A stretch of DNA of 64,000 nt from a bacterium (GTDB lineage Bacteria; SZUA-182; DTGQ01; JAFGSM01), in assembly GCA_049472355.1 (NCBI GenBank), contig JBLIRP010000007.1, positions 1 through 64,000 of the forward strand, written 5' to 3'. Positions 28,452-38,778 of this stretch are shown here, one piece after another (position 1 is the stretch's first letter; each line of letters starts with the position of its first letter). Position numbers and translations under genes: made by a program. The notes below the pieces were generated by a model that worked only from the letters and a program-made list of their open reading frames with translations, was not told where the DNA came from and searched no databases.

Positions 28452-29507
28452 TTAAAGATCACCCCATTCGTATTGGCATACGGCCACCGCCATCAGTGCC
28501 GCCGTCTCAACGCGCATGATGCGGTATCCGCAGGAGATGATGCTGAATCCTGATTCCCGTATCATGTCAAGTTCATACGTGGTAAAACTCCCCTCCGGCC
28601 CCACAAGTATGAGAATCGAATCGGGCCTTTTCACCCCGGAAAAGACATCCCTCATGTGTTGAGGCGGATCAGCCCCCTCCCATAAACAGATTTTAAAATA
28701 TTTATCAGCTCTCTTCAGCCGAGGGGCTTCCCTTGACGAAGACTTCAGCCGAGGGGCTTCCCTTGACGAAGACTTCTGCAAAGGGGCCTCCCCCGCTAAA
28801 GACTTCAGCCGAGGGTCTTCCCTTGACGAAGGCTTATGCAAAGGGTTTTCATCTTGTAAAGACCTTTGCCAAGGGTCTTCCCCTGACGAAGGCTTATGCA
28901 AAAGTTCTTCCCCCTGTGAAAGTTTTTGCGAGGGTTGTTCCCTTGGCAAAAGTTTTTCCCCTTGCGAAAGGTCGTTACCTTTCAACGGCCCTTTCCCAGG
29001 CAAAGGGCCTTCCCCTCGTACCAGCCCCTCCCCGTGTAAGAAATCCTCGAGTGGCTGCGGGGGGGCAAGGCAGGGGATATCTGTTCTGCCGGACTGTTTC
29101 GCCGCCTCGATGACGATCCGATCCCATCGCCGCCAGCGATGATGACTCAGGGATGTGGTGCGCGGGGAAAAGCTTCGTTCGGTCTGAAGCGGATATATGC
29201 AGTCCACACCCAACTCGGTGGCCTTTTGCAGGATGATCTCGATTGCGGAATACCGGGGGATTGCCTGTGCGAGCATGATCCTGGGCCGTGATCGAGGTGG
29301 CGGAGGTTCCTCGTTGAGGATTTTCAGCGTTGCCCGGGCCCGGGTCATCTCCAGGATTTCCGCCCTGTAGCGAAGTCCCGAGCCGTCGGTAACGTATATG
29401 CAATCACCGGGTTCAAGCCTCATGACCCGGAGATGATGCACCTCGTCCCCGGCAAGGGTCACCGGTGACGACAATATCCGTTCCGAAACGAAAAAAAGCC
29501 TCGGCAT
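28452..29507 (-). CDS. rsmE: 16S rRNA m3U1498 methyltransferase RsmE with an internal repeat insertion
   Basis: HH.RVMRL..GD, QKATELGV, EAAKQSGR, VGPEGSF, RIMRVETA. Confidence 0.9.
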   Translation of the reverse strand: MPRLFFVSERILSSPVTLAGDEVHHLRVMRLEPGDCIYVTDGSGLRYRAEILEMTRARATLKILNEEPPPPRSRPRIMLAQAIPRYSAIEIILQKATELGVDCIYPLQTERSFSPRTTSLSHHRWRRWDRIVIEAAKQSGRTDIPCLAPPQPLEDFLHGEGLVRGEGPLPGKGPLKGNDLSQGEKLLPREQPSQKLSQGEELLHKPSSGEDPWQRSLQDENPLHKPSSREDPRLKSLAGEAPLQKSSSREAPRLKSSSREAPRLKRADKYFKICLWEGADPPQHMRDVFSGVKRPDSILILVGPEGSFTTYELDMIRESGFSIISCGYRIMRVETAALMAVAVCQYEWGDL

Positions 29508-29571
29508 GCTTCCCTTTTCAGTACCTTCCGCAGCAGGGATGCAATCCCTTTATGCGGCCGGAGGCCTGAAA

Positions 29572-31509
29572 TTACTTCTTGTCCTCGTCGACCACCTCGA
29601 AGTCGGCATCCACCACGTTCTCGCCTTCATGTCCCGGCTGTGCCCCACCCGCTGATTCTGCGGACGCCTGAGAGGCGCCCTCGGGCTGACCATGTTGCGC
29701 GGAGGCCTGGGCATACATCTGTTCGGCAAGCTTGTGGGATGCCTTGGTGAGTTCATCGATGCCCTTTTTGATGGCATCGGCGTCGCTGCTCTCATCCTTG
29801 AGTTTCTGAAGCCGGGTCTTTGCCTCCTCGATTTTCGACTTATCCGCCTCCGAGATCTTGTCTCCGAACTCATTGAGGTTCTTCTCGATCTGAAAGACGA
29901 GGGAGTCTGCCTGGTTTTTCGCCTCGGCAAGCTCCTTCTTCTTTTTGTCCTCGGATGAGTGTTGCTCGGCGTCCTTGACCATGCGCTTGATTTCCTCTTC
30001 AGTGAGGCCGCTCGAGGAGGTTATCTGGATGTTCTGCTGCTTTCCGGTTGCCATATCCTTGGCGGACACATTGAGGATGCCGTTCGCATCGATGTCGAAG
30101 GTGACCTCCACCTGAGGAATCCCTCGCGGCGCAGGGGGGATGCCCACCAGATCGAACCTTCCGAGGCTCCGGTTATCGGCCGCCATTTCCCTCTCGCCTT
30201 GCAGCACGTTGATGCTCACCGCGGTCTGGTTGTCGGCCGCTGTGGAGAAGATCTGGGTCTTTCGCGTGGGAATGGTGGTATTCCGGTCGATCAATTTCGT
30301 AAACACGCCCCCCAGTGTCTCGATGCCGAGGGAAAGGGGGGTCACGTCGAGCAGGAGCACATCCTTGACATCGCCGGTGAGCACCCCGCCCTGGATAGCG
30401 GCGCCCACTGCAACCACCTCGTCGGGGTTAACCCCCTTGTGCGGCTCCTTGCCGAAGAATTTCTTCACCGTCTCCTGGACGAGCGGCATGCGGGTCTGCC
30501 CCCCCACCAGGATCACCTCGTCGATTTCCGAGGCTGAAAGGCCGGCATCCTTGAGTGCAAGGCGGCAGGGTTCCACGGTTTTTTCCACCAGGTCGCCCAC
30601 CAGTTGTTCCAGTTTTGCCCGGGTCAGGGTGATATTGAGGTGCTTGGGTCCTGAGGCATCGGCGGTGACAAAGGGAAGGTTGATGTCGGTCTGCACCACG
30701 GTGGAGAGCTCGCATTTGGCCTTTTCCCCGGCCTCTTTCAGACGCTGGAGCGCCATCTTGTCCTGCCGCAGGTCGATCCCCTGGTCCTTCTTGAATTCGT
30801 CGGCCAGCCAGTTGATGATCCTCTGGTCGAAGTCATCCCCGCCCAGGTAGGTATCCCCGTTGGTGGACTTCACCTCGAAGACCCCCTCGCCCAGCTCCAG
30901 TATGGAGATATCGAAGGTGCCGCCGCCAAGGTCGTAGACCGCGATCTTTTCATCCTTCTTTTTGTCCAGTCCATAGGCAAGTGAGGCGGCGGTCGGCTCA
31001 TTGATAATCCTGAGCACATTCAAACCGGCGATCCTGCCCGCATCCTTGGTTGCCTGCCGCTGGCTGTCATTGAAGTATGCGGGAACGGTGATCACCGCAT
31101 CCGTCACCTTTTCACCGAGATAGTTTTCCGCAGTCTCCCGCATCTTCTGGAGAATCATCGCGGAAATCTCCGGGGGGGTATACCGTTTCCCCACGGCCTC
31201 GATCACACATTCGTCGTGTTTTCCCTGGGCGATTTTGTACGGAAGGACCTTTATGGCCTTCTTGACCTCGTCACTGTCGAATCGCCGGCCGATGAGCCGC
31301 TTGACCGAGAATATGGTATTGCTCGGGTTGGTGATTGCCTGGCGTTTGGCAATCTGGCCTACGAGCCGTTCACCCTTGTCCGTAAAGGCCACAACGGAAG
31401 GGGTTGTCCGATTGCCTTCCGTGTTTTCAATGACCTTCGGTTCACCCGCTTCCATGATAGCCACGCATGAATTCGTGGTGCCAAGATCGATGCCGATGAC
31501 CTTTCCCAT
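29572..31509 (-). CDS. dnaK: Chaperone DnaK
   Basis: [25 protein letters not shown]. Confidence 0.99.
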   Translation of the reverse strand: MGKVIGIDLGTTNSCVAIMEAGEPKVIENTEGNRTTPSVVAFTDKGERLVGQIAKRQAITNPSNTIFSVKRLIGRRFDSDEVKKAIKVLPYKIAQGKHDECVIEAVGKRYTPPEISAMILQKMRETAENYLGEKVTDAVITVPAYFNDSQRQATKDAGRIAGLNVLRIINEPTAASLAYGLDKKKDEKIAVYDLGGGTFDISILELGEGVFEVKSTNGDTYLGGDDFDQRIINWLADEFKKDQGIDLRQDKMALQRLKEAGEKAKCELSTVVQTDINLPFVTADASGPKHLNITLTRAKLEQLVGDLVEKTVEPCRLALKDAGLSASEIDEVILVGGQTRMPLVQETVKKFFGKEPHKGVNPDEVVAVGAAIQGGVLTGDVKDVLLLDVTPLSLGIETLGGVFTKLIDRNTTIPTRKTQIFSTAADNQTAVSINVLQGEREMAADNRSLGRFDLVGIPPAPRGIPQVEVTFDIDANGILNVSAKDMATGKQQNIQITSSSGLTEEEIKRMVKDAEQHSSEDKKKKELAEAKNQADSLVFQIEKNLNEFGDKISEADKSKIEEAKTRLQKLKDESSDADAIKKGIDELTKASHKLAEQMYAQASAQHGQPEGASQASAESAGGAQPGHEGENVVDADFEVVDEDKK

Positions 31510-31618
31510 CTACTATTCCTCCCTCCTGTTATAGGATCTCTTTGTAATTTCATCTGAAAATCATTTTCATGCTTCTTTGTGAGCCAAAGGCTCATATGCG
31601 TTTCCCTTTCCCTTTCCC

Positions 31619-31766
31619 TTCTACCTTCTACCTTCTACATTCGATATTCGCAGTTTCATCCGGCTCATGAATGTTTCACTTCTACATTCTACATTCTACA
31701 TTCGATATTCTACATTCTACATTCGATATTCGATATTCTACATTCTGCATTCGATATTCGCAGTTT
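31619..31766. repeat. Heptanucleotide tandem repeats (TTCTACA/TTCGATA) between grpE and dnaK
   Basis: Run ttctacattctacattctacattcgatattctacattctacattcgatattcgata...; ttcgatattcgcagttt occurs twice. Confidence 0.85.
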
Positions 31767-31800
31767 TTTTTGTAATCGCTTAGCATCATATAGTATCACC

Positions 31801-32412
31801 CTATCGCTGATGGTCATGCCCGCCTTCCGTGGTTTTCTTCCCCTCGGGCCTTTTGGCCACGGTGACCATGGCCGGTCTGATAAGGCGGTCGTTCAAGAAA
31901 TACCCTTTCTTATGTTCCTCCATGACCATGTTCGGTTCGTGTGCATCCGTCTCCAGATGCAACATCGCCTCGTGCTTGCAGGGATCGAATCGCTCCCCCA
32001 CCGCGCATTCGTACGTGAGGCCCTCCTTTTCAAGGGTGTCCTTGAGCTGCTTATGGATCAATTTGATCCCTTCGGAGAAGCGCTCAAAATCCTTTGATTC
32101 TTCCGCGGATTTTATGGCAAGTTCCAGATGGTCGAACACGGGGAGCAGGTCCTTTACCAGCCGTTCGAGGGCGTATTTGTAATATTCGCACTTCTCCCGC
32201 TCCATTCGTTTTTTAAAATTTTCGAATTCCGCATGAAGGCGGAGATACTTGTCATACAATTCCTTGTTCTTTTCCCTTTCCGCTGCAAGTTCCCTTGATA
32301 ATGACGCCACCTCACCTCCTCCGGGAATCTCTTGGCCTCCAGGGGTCCCCTGGCGAGAGGATTCCGCGTGTTTCTCGGATGGATCAATAGTGTGATCCTC
32401 GGGTACGACCAT
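31801..32412 (-). CDS. grpE: Nucleotide exchange factor GrpE
   Basis: AEFENFKKR, FDP..HEA, KGY.L.DRLIRPA.V.V. Confidence 0.96.
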   Translation of the reverse strand: MVVPEDHTIDPSEKHAESSRQGTPGGQEIPGGGEVASLSRELAAEREKNKELYDKYLRLHAEFENFKKRMEREKCEYYKYALERLVKDLLPVFDHLELAIKSAEESKDFERFSEGIKLIHKQLKDTLEKEGLTYECAVGERFDPCKHEAMLHLETDAHEPNMVMEEHKKGYFLNDRLIRPAMVTVAKRPEGKKTTEGGHDHQR

Positions 32413-32432
32413 CGAGTTTTCACCCCCTTTAA

Positions 32433-33491
32433 TCAATGCATCTGCATAAAGATGCTGGTTAGTGTCAAGGCCATTTGATTGACCGTCCAGATGACCTCCC
32501 GGTAACGCATGCGGGTCGGACCGATCACCCCGACCATACCCCGGACGCGCGGACGAATTTGATACGGGGACATGACGAGACTGCAGCCCGCCAGGTGCGG
32601 ATCAGGATTTTCCGCACCTATGAGGACCTTGACCCCTTCCTCCCCTTCAAAGGAATCCATGATTCGGATCAACCGCTCCTTTTCTTCCACGGTATCAAAG
32701 AATGATCGCATCTTCTTCAGATCTGCAAAATCGGGCTGGTCCAGGATATTTACCCAGCCATCCACGTACATGTCGCACGTTTCCTCCTGCTCGATGGCAT
32801 TCTTGCTCATCTGAATGGATTGACGCTCGAACTGATCATAGAGAAACTTCTCATCCGACATAAACTGGTGTATCTTGGCCTTGATCTCGGAGAGACTGAG
32901 TCCCTCAAATTGATCGTTGACGTAGCGCGACATCTTGTCGAGCTGTTCCTGGGGGATGATCTCCTCCGTCTCCACCATCCGATTGAACACCAGTCCGGAT
33001 TGAGACACGAATATGGCCATGCACTGGCGCCCGCCCATAGATACAAAATCGATATGTTGCAGGGTAAGCTGGGATTTTTTGGGCACCGTTACAATCCCCA
33101 TATACCGCGACAGCTCCGAAAGTATCGAGGATATCTTGGAGAGCATGGCTGCCCGTTCCTTGATTTGAAACAATATGGACAGCAGGCACTGTTCGGTCCC
33201 GCACGATTCCGCCTCCTTGTTCAGGCATGCCATGAGATGATCGACAAAGAAGCGGTATCCCTTTTCCGTGGGCACTCGTCCCGCCGAGGTATGCGGATGG
33301 GTCAGAAATCCCTTTTCCTCCAGATCGGCCATGATGTTTCGAATCGTGGCCGGAGACCAGTCCACGTCGAGCTTCCTGCTCAGGGTACGCGATCCCACCG
33401 GTTCAAAATGATTGATATAGTGGGATATCAGTGTAAGAAAGATGAGTGTTTCCCTTTCGGTCAAGATTCGTGATTGTTCCATACGCGTCAC
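32433..33491 (-). CDS. hrcA: Heat-inducible transcription repressor HrcA
   Basis: EPVGSR.L, SPATIRN.MADLE..G.L..PHTSAGRVPT, GVIGPTRM.Y. Start is GTG 33491 or ATG 33482. Confidence 0.97.
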   Translation of the reverse strand: MTRMEQSRILTERETLIFLTLISHYINHFEPVGSRTLSRKLDVDWSPATIRNIMADLEEKGFLTHPHTSAGRVPTEKGYRFFVDHLMACLNKEAESCGTEQCLLSILFQIKERAAMLSKISSILSELSRYMGIVTVPKKSQLTLQHIDFVSMGGRQCMAIFVSQSGLVFNRMVETEEIIPQEQLDKMSRYVNDQFEGLSLSEIKAKIHQFMSDEKFLYDQFERQSIQMSKNAIEQEETCDMYVDGWVNILDQPDFADLKKMRSFFDTVEEKERLIRIMDSFEGEEGVKVLIGAENPDPHLAGCSLVMSPYQIRPRVRGMVGVIGPTRMRYREVIWTVNQMALTLTSIFMQMH

Positions 33492-33581
33492 ATTCCTTTT
33501 TATAAGGTATCAGAGGCAATTGACACCGGAATCATCTTTTCCCTACCATCGTGTGCACTGGCAGGACTTAGTGCCAGCAAA

Positions 33582-33713
33582 GACGGCCTCGTAAAAAATC
33601 GCCTGCCTGTCACTGCGGCGAAAGCCGGAGTCCAAAACCATTTAGAAACACCAGATTCCATGTCAGGCATGGAATCACGGAATAGGGTAAAATCGACTTT
33701 TTACGATTCCATC
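33582..33713. mobile_element. ~130-bp MITE/REP-like element in the hrcA leader
   Basis: Imperfect 19-bp terminal inverted repeats (15/19 match) and internal hairpins (cggcgaaagccg; gattccatg-tcagg-catggaatc). Confidence 0.55.
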
Positions 33714-33803
33714 AGTAAACATCCCCTAATATAATACCGAATGGATTTTTTTTCAAAAAATTGTGCCGGATGGATAGTGAGCAATGAATAGTATGGTAAT
33801 GCA

Positions 33804-33830
33804 TTAGCACTTTTAAACAAAGAGTGCTAA
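33804..33830. promoter_or_regulatory. CIRCE operator (HrcA binding site)
   Basis: TTAGCACTT-N9-GAGTGCTAA, one mismatch to consensus, upstream of hrcA. Confidence 0.95.
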
Positions 33831-33838
33831 CCTCGCAA

Positions 33839-33867
33839 AAAATAACAAGAAACAACCACTTTGTCAA
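33839..33867 (-). promoter_or_regulatory. sigma70 promoter of the hrcA operon
   Basis: Minus strand TTGACA-N17-TATTTT with an extended TGn, immediately upstream of the CIRCE. Confidence 0.7.
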
Positions 33868-33971
33868 GGATGATCGTGAATGGTCGCCTTGACGGGGAGA
33901 CCGGTCGTCGCAGGGATTGTTCATTGCGGCGGTGGGTTGTGAAAGGGGTTTTGTTTAGGGTATAATACGAT

Positions 33972-34778
33972 ATGGAAAACTGTCTGTTTCAGGAGCTCTT
34001 GGCGATTATGAGTCGTCTTCGGGGAGAAGGGGGATGCCCCTGGGACCGGGAACAGACTATTGAATCCCTCAAGCCTTTCCTGATCGAAGAGTGTCACGAG
34101 GTCATCGAGGCCATTGAGGAAGGAGATCCGCACAAGATACAGGAGGAACTGGGCGATCTGCTGTTCCAGATCATCTTTCTGGCACAGATCGGAAAGGAAC
34201 AGGGGACATTCGACATCGCCCGTATCCTGACCACGATATCCGAAAAGATGATCCGCAGACATCCCCATGTTTTTTCCGATGATACGGCCAGCCATCCATC
34301 CGAGGTATTGGCCAGGTGGGAAGAGATAAAGCGGATGGAGGATGCGGAGCGGAAGAAGGGAAGGAACGCCGGAAATGGTCCCTCCTCGGTCTTGAATGGA
34401 ATTCCCAAGGGACTGCCCAGTATGACCTATGCCCATCGGGTCCAGGCAAAGGCATCGCGGGTCGGTTTTGATTGGCCGCTGCTGGATGAGGTGATGGTGA
34501 AGCTTGATGAGGAGATCGGAGAATTTCGTGATGCCGTGGCAGGGACGGACCCCAAGAAAATCGAGGACGAACTCGGCGACGTGCTTTTCACCATGGTCAA
34601 TATCAGCAGATTCCTGCGGATTGATCCCGAGGGCGCCTTGAGGAGTACGGTGCGGCGATTCATCGAGCGTTTTCAGGCGATGGAGCGGGTGGTTACCGAA
34701 CGAGGGAAAACGATGAGCGAACTCGACATACATGCATTGGACCTGATCTGGGAGGAGGTAAAGAACAAAATATCTTGA
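33972..34778 (+). CDS. mazG: Nucleoside triphosphate pyrophosphohydrolase
   Basis: GCPWDREQT, EELGDLL, RRHPHVF, GFDW, DELGDVLF. Confidence 0.96.
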   Translation: MENCLFQELLAIMSRLRGEGGCPWDREQTIESLKPFLIEECHEVIEAIEEGDPHKIQEELGDLLFQIIFLAQIGKEQGTFDIARILTTISEKMIRRHPHVFSDDTASHPSEVLARWEEIKRMEDAERKKGRNAGNGPSSVLNGIPKGLPSMTYAHRVQAKASRVGFDWPLLDEVMVKLDEEIGEFRDAVAGTDPKKIEDELGDVLFTMVNISRFLRIDPEGALRSTVRRFIERFQAMERVVTERGKTMSELDIHALDLIWEEVKNKIS

Positions 34779-34885
34779 CAACATCGGCGTTATTGTTCTA
34801 TAACTTGTTCTGCACATGGATCACGTGTTGATTGACGATATGCTTTATCCCTTTGTGCTATAATTCAAAGAGTGAGGGAAGAGAA

Positions 34886-35119
34886 ATGATAAAAGAGGTG
34901 CTTCAGGAGATTGTGAAGGCTATTGTGGATAACCCTGAACAAGTTAAAGTCAGCGAGATTGACGGGGATCAGACGGTGATACTGGAAGTGAGCGTGGCCG
35001 ATGGGGACCTTGGCAAGGTGATCGGCAGGAACGGGAGAACCATTACCGCAATCAGAAGCATCCTCGCGAGCGTCGGCGGCAAAAACGGGAGACGGTATGT
35101 GTTGGAGCTTGTTGAATAA
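34886..35119 (+). CDS. khpA: KH-domain RNA-binding protein KhpA
   Basis: MIKE....IVKAIVDNPEQV, DLGKVIGRNGRT (GxxG). Confidence 0.92.
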   Translation: MIKEVLQEIVKAIVDNPEQVKVSEIDGDQTVILEVSVADGDLGKVIGRNGRTITAIRSILASVGGKNGRRYVLELVE

Positions 35120-35270
35120 TGCACGGAGGACGACGTACGGCTGCTGCGGCACACATGGGCTCCATCAGTAAGCAGTTGTTGGGATTCATTCAACGAATAA
35201 GGGAAAAACAATGCTTGGTGGCATGGGTTGCAACATCGAGAATATTGAGCACGATACCAGCAGGGATGTA

Positions 35271-36119
35271 ATGAAACACAAGAAGATGCTTGACATCGCA
35301 CCGGACTGGGGGAGACTCGGTGATGAGGCACGCAGGGAGATCCTCAAGATTTTGGCAAAGGCGGGGTCCGGTCATACCGGGGGCTCGCTCTCCTGCGTCG
35401 AGATTCTGCTGGCGCTGTATTACGGGAAGATGCGCCACAATCCTCAAGAACCCGAATGGCCCGACCGGGATCGCTTCGTTCTCTCCAAAGGGCATGGTGC
35501 GCCGGCCCTCTATGTGATTCTGGCTCAACAGGGATATTTTGATTGTTCTGAATTGAATTCGCTCAGGTGTCTGTGCGGGAGACTGCAGGGGCATCCCTAT
35601 AACTGCACAACCCCCGGCATCGAGATTTCCACCGGATCGCTGGGACAGGGGCTTTCTGTGGCTAACGGTATGGCCCTGGCCGGAAAACTGGACAAGAAAC
35701 CGTATCGGGTGTATGTGCTGCTGGGTGACGGCGAAAACCAGGAGGGGCAGGTATGGGAGGCAGCCATGTCCGCCGCCCACTATCACCTGGACAATCTGTG
35801 TGCGCTCATCGATTATAACAAGCTCCAGATAGACGGCGCCCTGTGTGATATCATGGGCGTGGAACCATTGGAGGCCAAATGGCAGGCCTTCGGCTGGTCC
35901 ACCTGCCAGGTGAACGGCCATGATGTCGACGAGATACGGATGGCGCTTGACCGGGCGGAGGATGTAAAGGGCAAACCCTCCATGATCATCTGCCATACCG
36001 TGAAGGGAAAGGGTGTCTCATTCATGGAGAACAAGGTCGAATATCACGGCGTGGCCCCTTCACCCGAGGAGCTTGAACGCGCGCTTGCCGAACTAACTCG
36101 CGGAGGGAATGCGGAATGA
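35271..36119 (+). CDS. Transketolase, N-terminal (TPP-binding) subunit
   Basis: GHTGGSLS, RDRFVLSKGH, LQGHP, GSLGQG, GDGE..EGQVWEA. Start uncertain (35211-35286). Confidence 0.93.
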   Translation: MKHKKMLDIAPDWGRLGDEARREILKILAKAGSGHTGGSLSCVEILLALYYGKMRHNPQEPEWPDRDRFVLSKGHGAPALYVILAQQGYFDCSELNSLRCLCGRLQGHPYNCTTPGIEISTGSLGQGLSVANGMALAGKLDKKPYRVYVLLGDGENQEGQVWEAAMSAAHYHLDNLCALIDYNKLQIDGALCDIMGVEPLEAKWQAFGWSTCQVNGHDVDEIRMALDRAEDVKGKPSMIICHTVKGKGVSFMENKVEYHGVAPSPEELERALAELTRGGNAE

Positions 36120-37072
36120 TGCTTGGTACACGGGATGTTTATGGTGATACCCTGGTGAAGCTCGGGGAGCGGGATACAAACATCGTGGTGCTGGATGCCG
36201 ATCTTTCGGCGTCAACGCGTACGTGTAAGTTCGCATGCGCGTTTCCGGACCGTTTTTTCAACATGGGAATCGCCGAGCAGGATATGATTTCCACCGCTGC
36301 CGGGCTCGCCAGTTGCGGAAAGATCCCCTTTGTCAGCACCTTCGCCGTGTTTTTAACCGGCCGGGCATGGGATCAGGTTCGTCAATCCGTATGCTATTCG
36401 GATCAGAATGTCAAACTGGTCTCCACACACTCAGGAATCACCGTAGGTGAGGACAGCGCCACCCACCATGCCAATGAGGATATAGCGCTCATGAGGGCAT
36501 TGCCTGGTATGACCGTTATCTGTCCTGCGGACGGTATAGAGACCGCGCAGGTGATCGAGACGGTGGCCCGTCGTAAGGGACCTGTCTATGTCAGGCTCGC
36601 GCGGTGTAAATTCCCCGTGATCTATGACGATGCCTATCGATTCGAGCTGGGCAGGGCAAGCATGCTCAGGGATGGTACCCATGCGACCATTATCGCCATC
36701 GGAATCATGGTTTCAAAGGCGCTGGAGGCGGCCGAGGCACTGGAGAGGGAAGGAATCCCGGTTCGCGTGCTGAACATGTCCACCATAAAACCCATCGACA
36801 CCCAGGCCATCATCGATGCGGCCCGTGAGACCGGCGCCATCGTCACCGCCGAGGAGCACTCCGTAATCGGCGGTTTGGGGAGCGCCGTGGCGGAAGTGGT
36901 CGTCGAATCCGACCGCCCATGCCCCATGAAAAGGATAGGGGTGCGGGACTGTTTCGGCGTTTCCGGAAAGCCCGATGAATTGCTGGAGCGTTTCTGTTTG
37001 GGGGTTCGAGATATCATTGAAGCAGCGAGAGGGGTCATTCAACGGAAATCCCGCTCCCAGCCTCCTACATGA
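36116..37072 (+). CDS. Transketolase, C-terminal subunit
   Basis: DADLS.ST, NMGIAEQ, TIKPID, EEHSVIGGLGSAVAE. Confidence 0.93.
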   Translation: MMLGTRDVYGDTLVKLGERDTNIVVLDADLSASTRTCKFACAFPDRFFNMGIAEQDMISTAAGLASCGKIPFVSTFAVFLTGRAWDQVRQSVCYSDQNVKLVSTHSGITVGEDSATHHANEDIALMRALPGMTVICPADGIETAQVIETVARRKGPVYVRLARCKFPVIYDDAYRFELGRASMLRDGTHATIIAIGIMVSKALEAAEALEREGIPVRVLNMSTIKPIDTQAIIDAARETGAIVTAEEHSVIGGLGSAVAEVVVESDRPCPMKRIGVRDCFGVSGKPDELLERFCLGVRDIIEAARGVIQRKSRSQPPT

Positions 37073-37078
37073 CGGGTC

Positions 37079-37762
37079 ATGGAATGCTTCTCCCATGCAC
37101 CGATCATTCAAATGTACCACGTCTGCAAGAGGTTCAAGCACAATAGCCGTGCCTTGGATGACATCAGCGTCGAGATACGCAGCGGCGAGTTTATCTTCCT
37201 GACCGGACCGAGTGGGGCAGGGAAGACGACCTTTCTGAAACTCCTTTTTGTCGAAGATGTTCCTACTGCGGGCCACATCATTGTCCTGGGAAGAAATCTC
37301 AGCCGGGTCAAGGAGTCAAACCTTCATCACCTGAGACGTCAAATAGGTGTTGTATTTCAGGATTTTCGACTGCTCAGGAACCGCACCATCTTTGAGAACA
37401 TCGATTTTGTCCTTCGTCTTTACGGACATCCCCCGAAGGTGCGGAAAAAAATGGCGTGGCAGACATTGAGTATGGTGGGACTGGAGAACCGAATCGATGC
37501 ATACCCCCTTGAACTTTCCGGGGGGGAACAGCAGCGGATCGCCATCGCCAGGGCACTGGTCAACAATCCCCCGCTCATCCTGGCTGATGAGCCCACAGGG
37601 AACCTTGACGTGCAGCGGGAAGAGGAGATCATGGCGCTTTTCAGGAAGATCAACATGCAGGGGACGACCCTCGTGGTCGCCACCCACAATCAATCCATCA
37701 TATCGAGGATGGGAAAACGGGTGATCACCCTTCACCAGGGCCGGGTGGTAGGAACGCATTGA
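37079..37762 (+). CDS. ftsE: Cell division ATP-binding protein FtsE
   Basis: [35 protein letters not shown]. Confidence 0.95.
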   Translation: MECFSHAPIIQMYHVCKRFKHNSRALDDISVEIRSGEFIFLTGPSGAGKTTFLKLLFVEDVPTAGHIIVLGRNLSRVKESNLHHLRRQIGVVFQDFRLLRNRTIFENIDFVLRLYGHPPKVRKKMAWQTLSMVGLENRIDAYPLELSGGEQQRIAIARALVNNPPLILADEPTGNLDVQREEEIMALFRKINMQGTTLVVATHNQSIISRMGKRVITLHQGRVVGTH

Positions 37763-37817
37763 TAAAGGATGAAGGATGAAGGATGAGGGAGGAAGGAGGC
37801 CAAGGAGGCCAAGGACG

Positions 37818-38774
37818 ATGAGCGGAAAAGTGCCACGAACCGATTCGCAGCCTGCTCCCGTTAAGGCGCGCAAACGGTTTCAGATCGCACACCGGGTGTG
37901 GGTTTTCCTGTACAGCCTTCAGGACGGTGTCCACAATCTCAGAAGGGGCGGCATTACCGGTTTCGTCTCGGTCATTACCATCTCCTTTACCATGCTCAAT
38001 GTGGGACTCTTTTTTCTCCTGTGGATTAACATCTCCCCGTTGCTTACGGGATGCCTCGATGCGGTGAAGGTGGTGGCCTACCTCAAGGAGGGCATCGGCG
38101 AAGAAAGGGTTGTCCTTTTAACCAGCCAACTCAACGCCATGAAGGAGATCAAGAAGGTCACCTTCGTGACCAAGTCGGAGGCAATGGAACGGTTCAGGGA
38201 ATCACTCGGTGAGGATCGTTTCCTTCTGGAGGGACTTGGGGAGAATCCGCTGCCTGCATCCTTCGAGATGATCATCGATGACACGGCGGGCATCGGCGCA
38301 CTGGATATGGTGGCGGAGAAGCTCTCACTGTTCGGCGAATTCGAAGAGATACAAAGCGGCAGGGAATGGGTCCGCCGGCTTTCCGTTTTTCTCTTTCTGA
38401 TAAAGGTGGTTGGATTTCTGGCGGGGGGCGTCCTGATCTTCGTCTCCCTGTTTATCATCTCCAATACCGTTCGATTGACCTTTCTCAATCGCAAGGATGA
38501 GGTGGAAATCATGCGCCTGGTGGGTGCGCATCGATGGTTCATCAAGACCCCATTTTTGCTGGAGGGCATGATAAACGGCCTGTTGGGGAGTGTCATTTCC
38601 ATCGGTCTTCTCTATCTGCTCTATCAATTGATACGGTATCAGTTGCACCCATATCTATTGGATATCATCGGGCTGTTCCGGCTCTCCTTTCTCCCCCCGA
38701 CGCTCATGCTCCTCCTGGCAGGTCTGGGAATGGGGGTCGGCGGGGTGGGGAGCCTCTTTTCCTTGAAGGTCTGA
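37818..38774 (+). CDS. ftsX: Cell division permease FtsX
   Basis: NPLPASF, ISNTVRLT...R.DEVEIMRLVGA...FI..PFLLEG. Start moved past the upstream heptamer repeats; uncertain. Confidence 0.93.
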   Translation: MSGKVPRTDSQPAPVKARKRFQIAHRVWVFLYSLQDGVHNLRRGGITGFVSVITISFTMLNVGLFFLLWINISPLLTGCLDAVKVVAYLKEGIGEERVVLLTSQLNAMKEIKKVTFVTKSEAMERFRESLGEDRFLLEGLGENPLPASFEMIIDDTAGIGALDMVAEKLSLFGEFEEIQSGREWVRRLSVFLFLIKVVGFLAGGVLIFVSLFIISNTVRLTFLNRKDEVEIMRLVGAHRWFIKTPFLLEGMINGLLGSVISIGLLYLLYQLIRYQLHPYLLDIIGLFRLSFLPPTLMLLLAGLGMGVGGVGSLFSLKV

Positions 38775-38778
38775 TGCC

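Noticed and set aside
31579..32097. 172-aa plus-strand ORF with FYILHSI repeats
   Set aside because: Translation of the heptamer tract plus antisense grpE.
34886..35119. khpA outside its usual rpsP-rimM context
   Set aside because: Stand-alone khpA copies are not rare, so this is not notable by itself.
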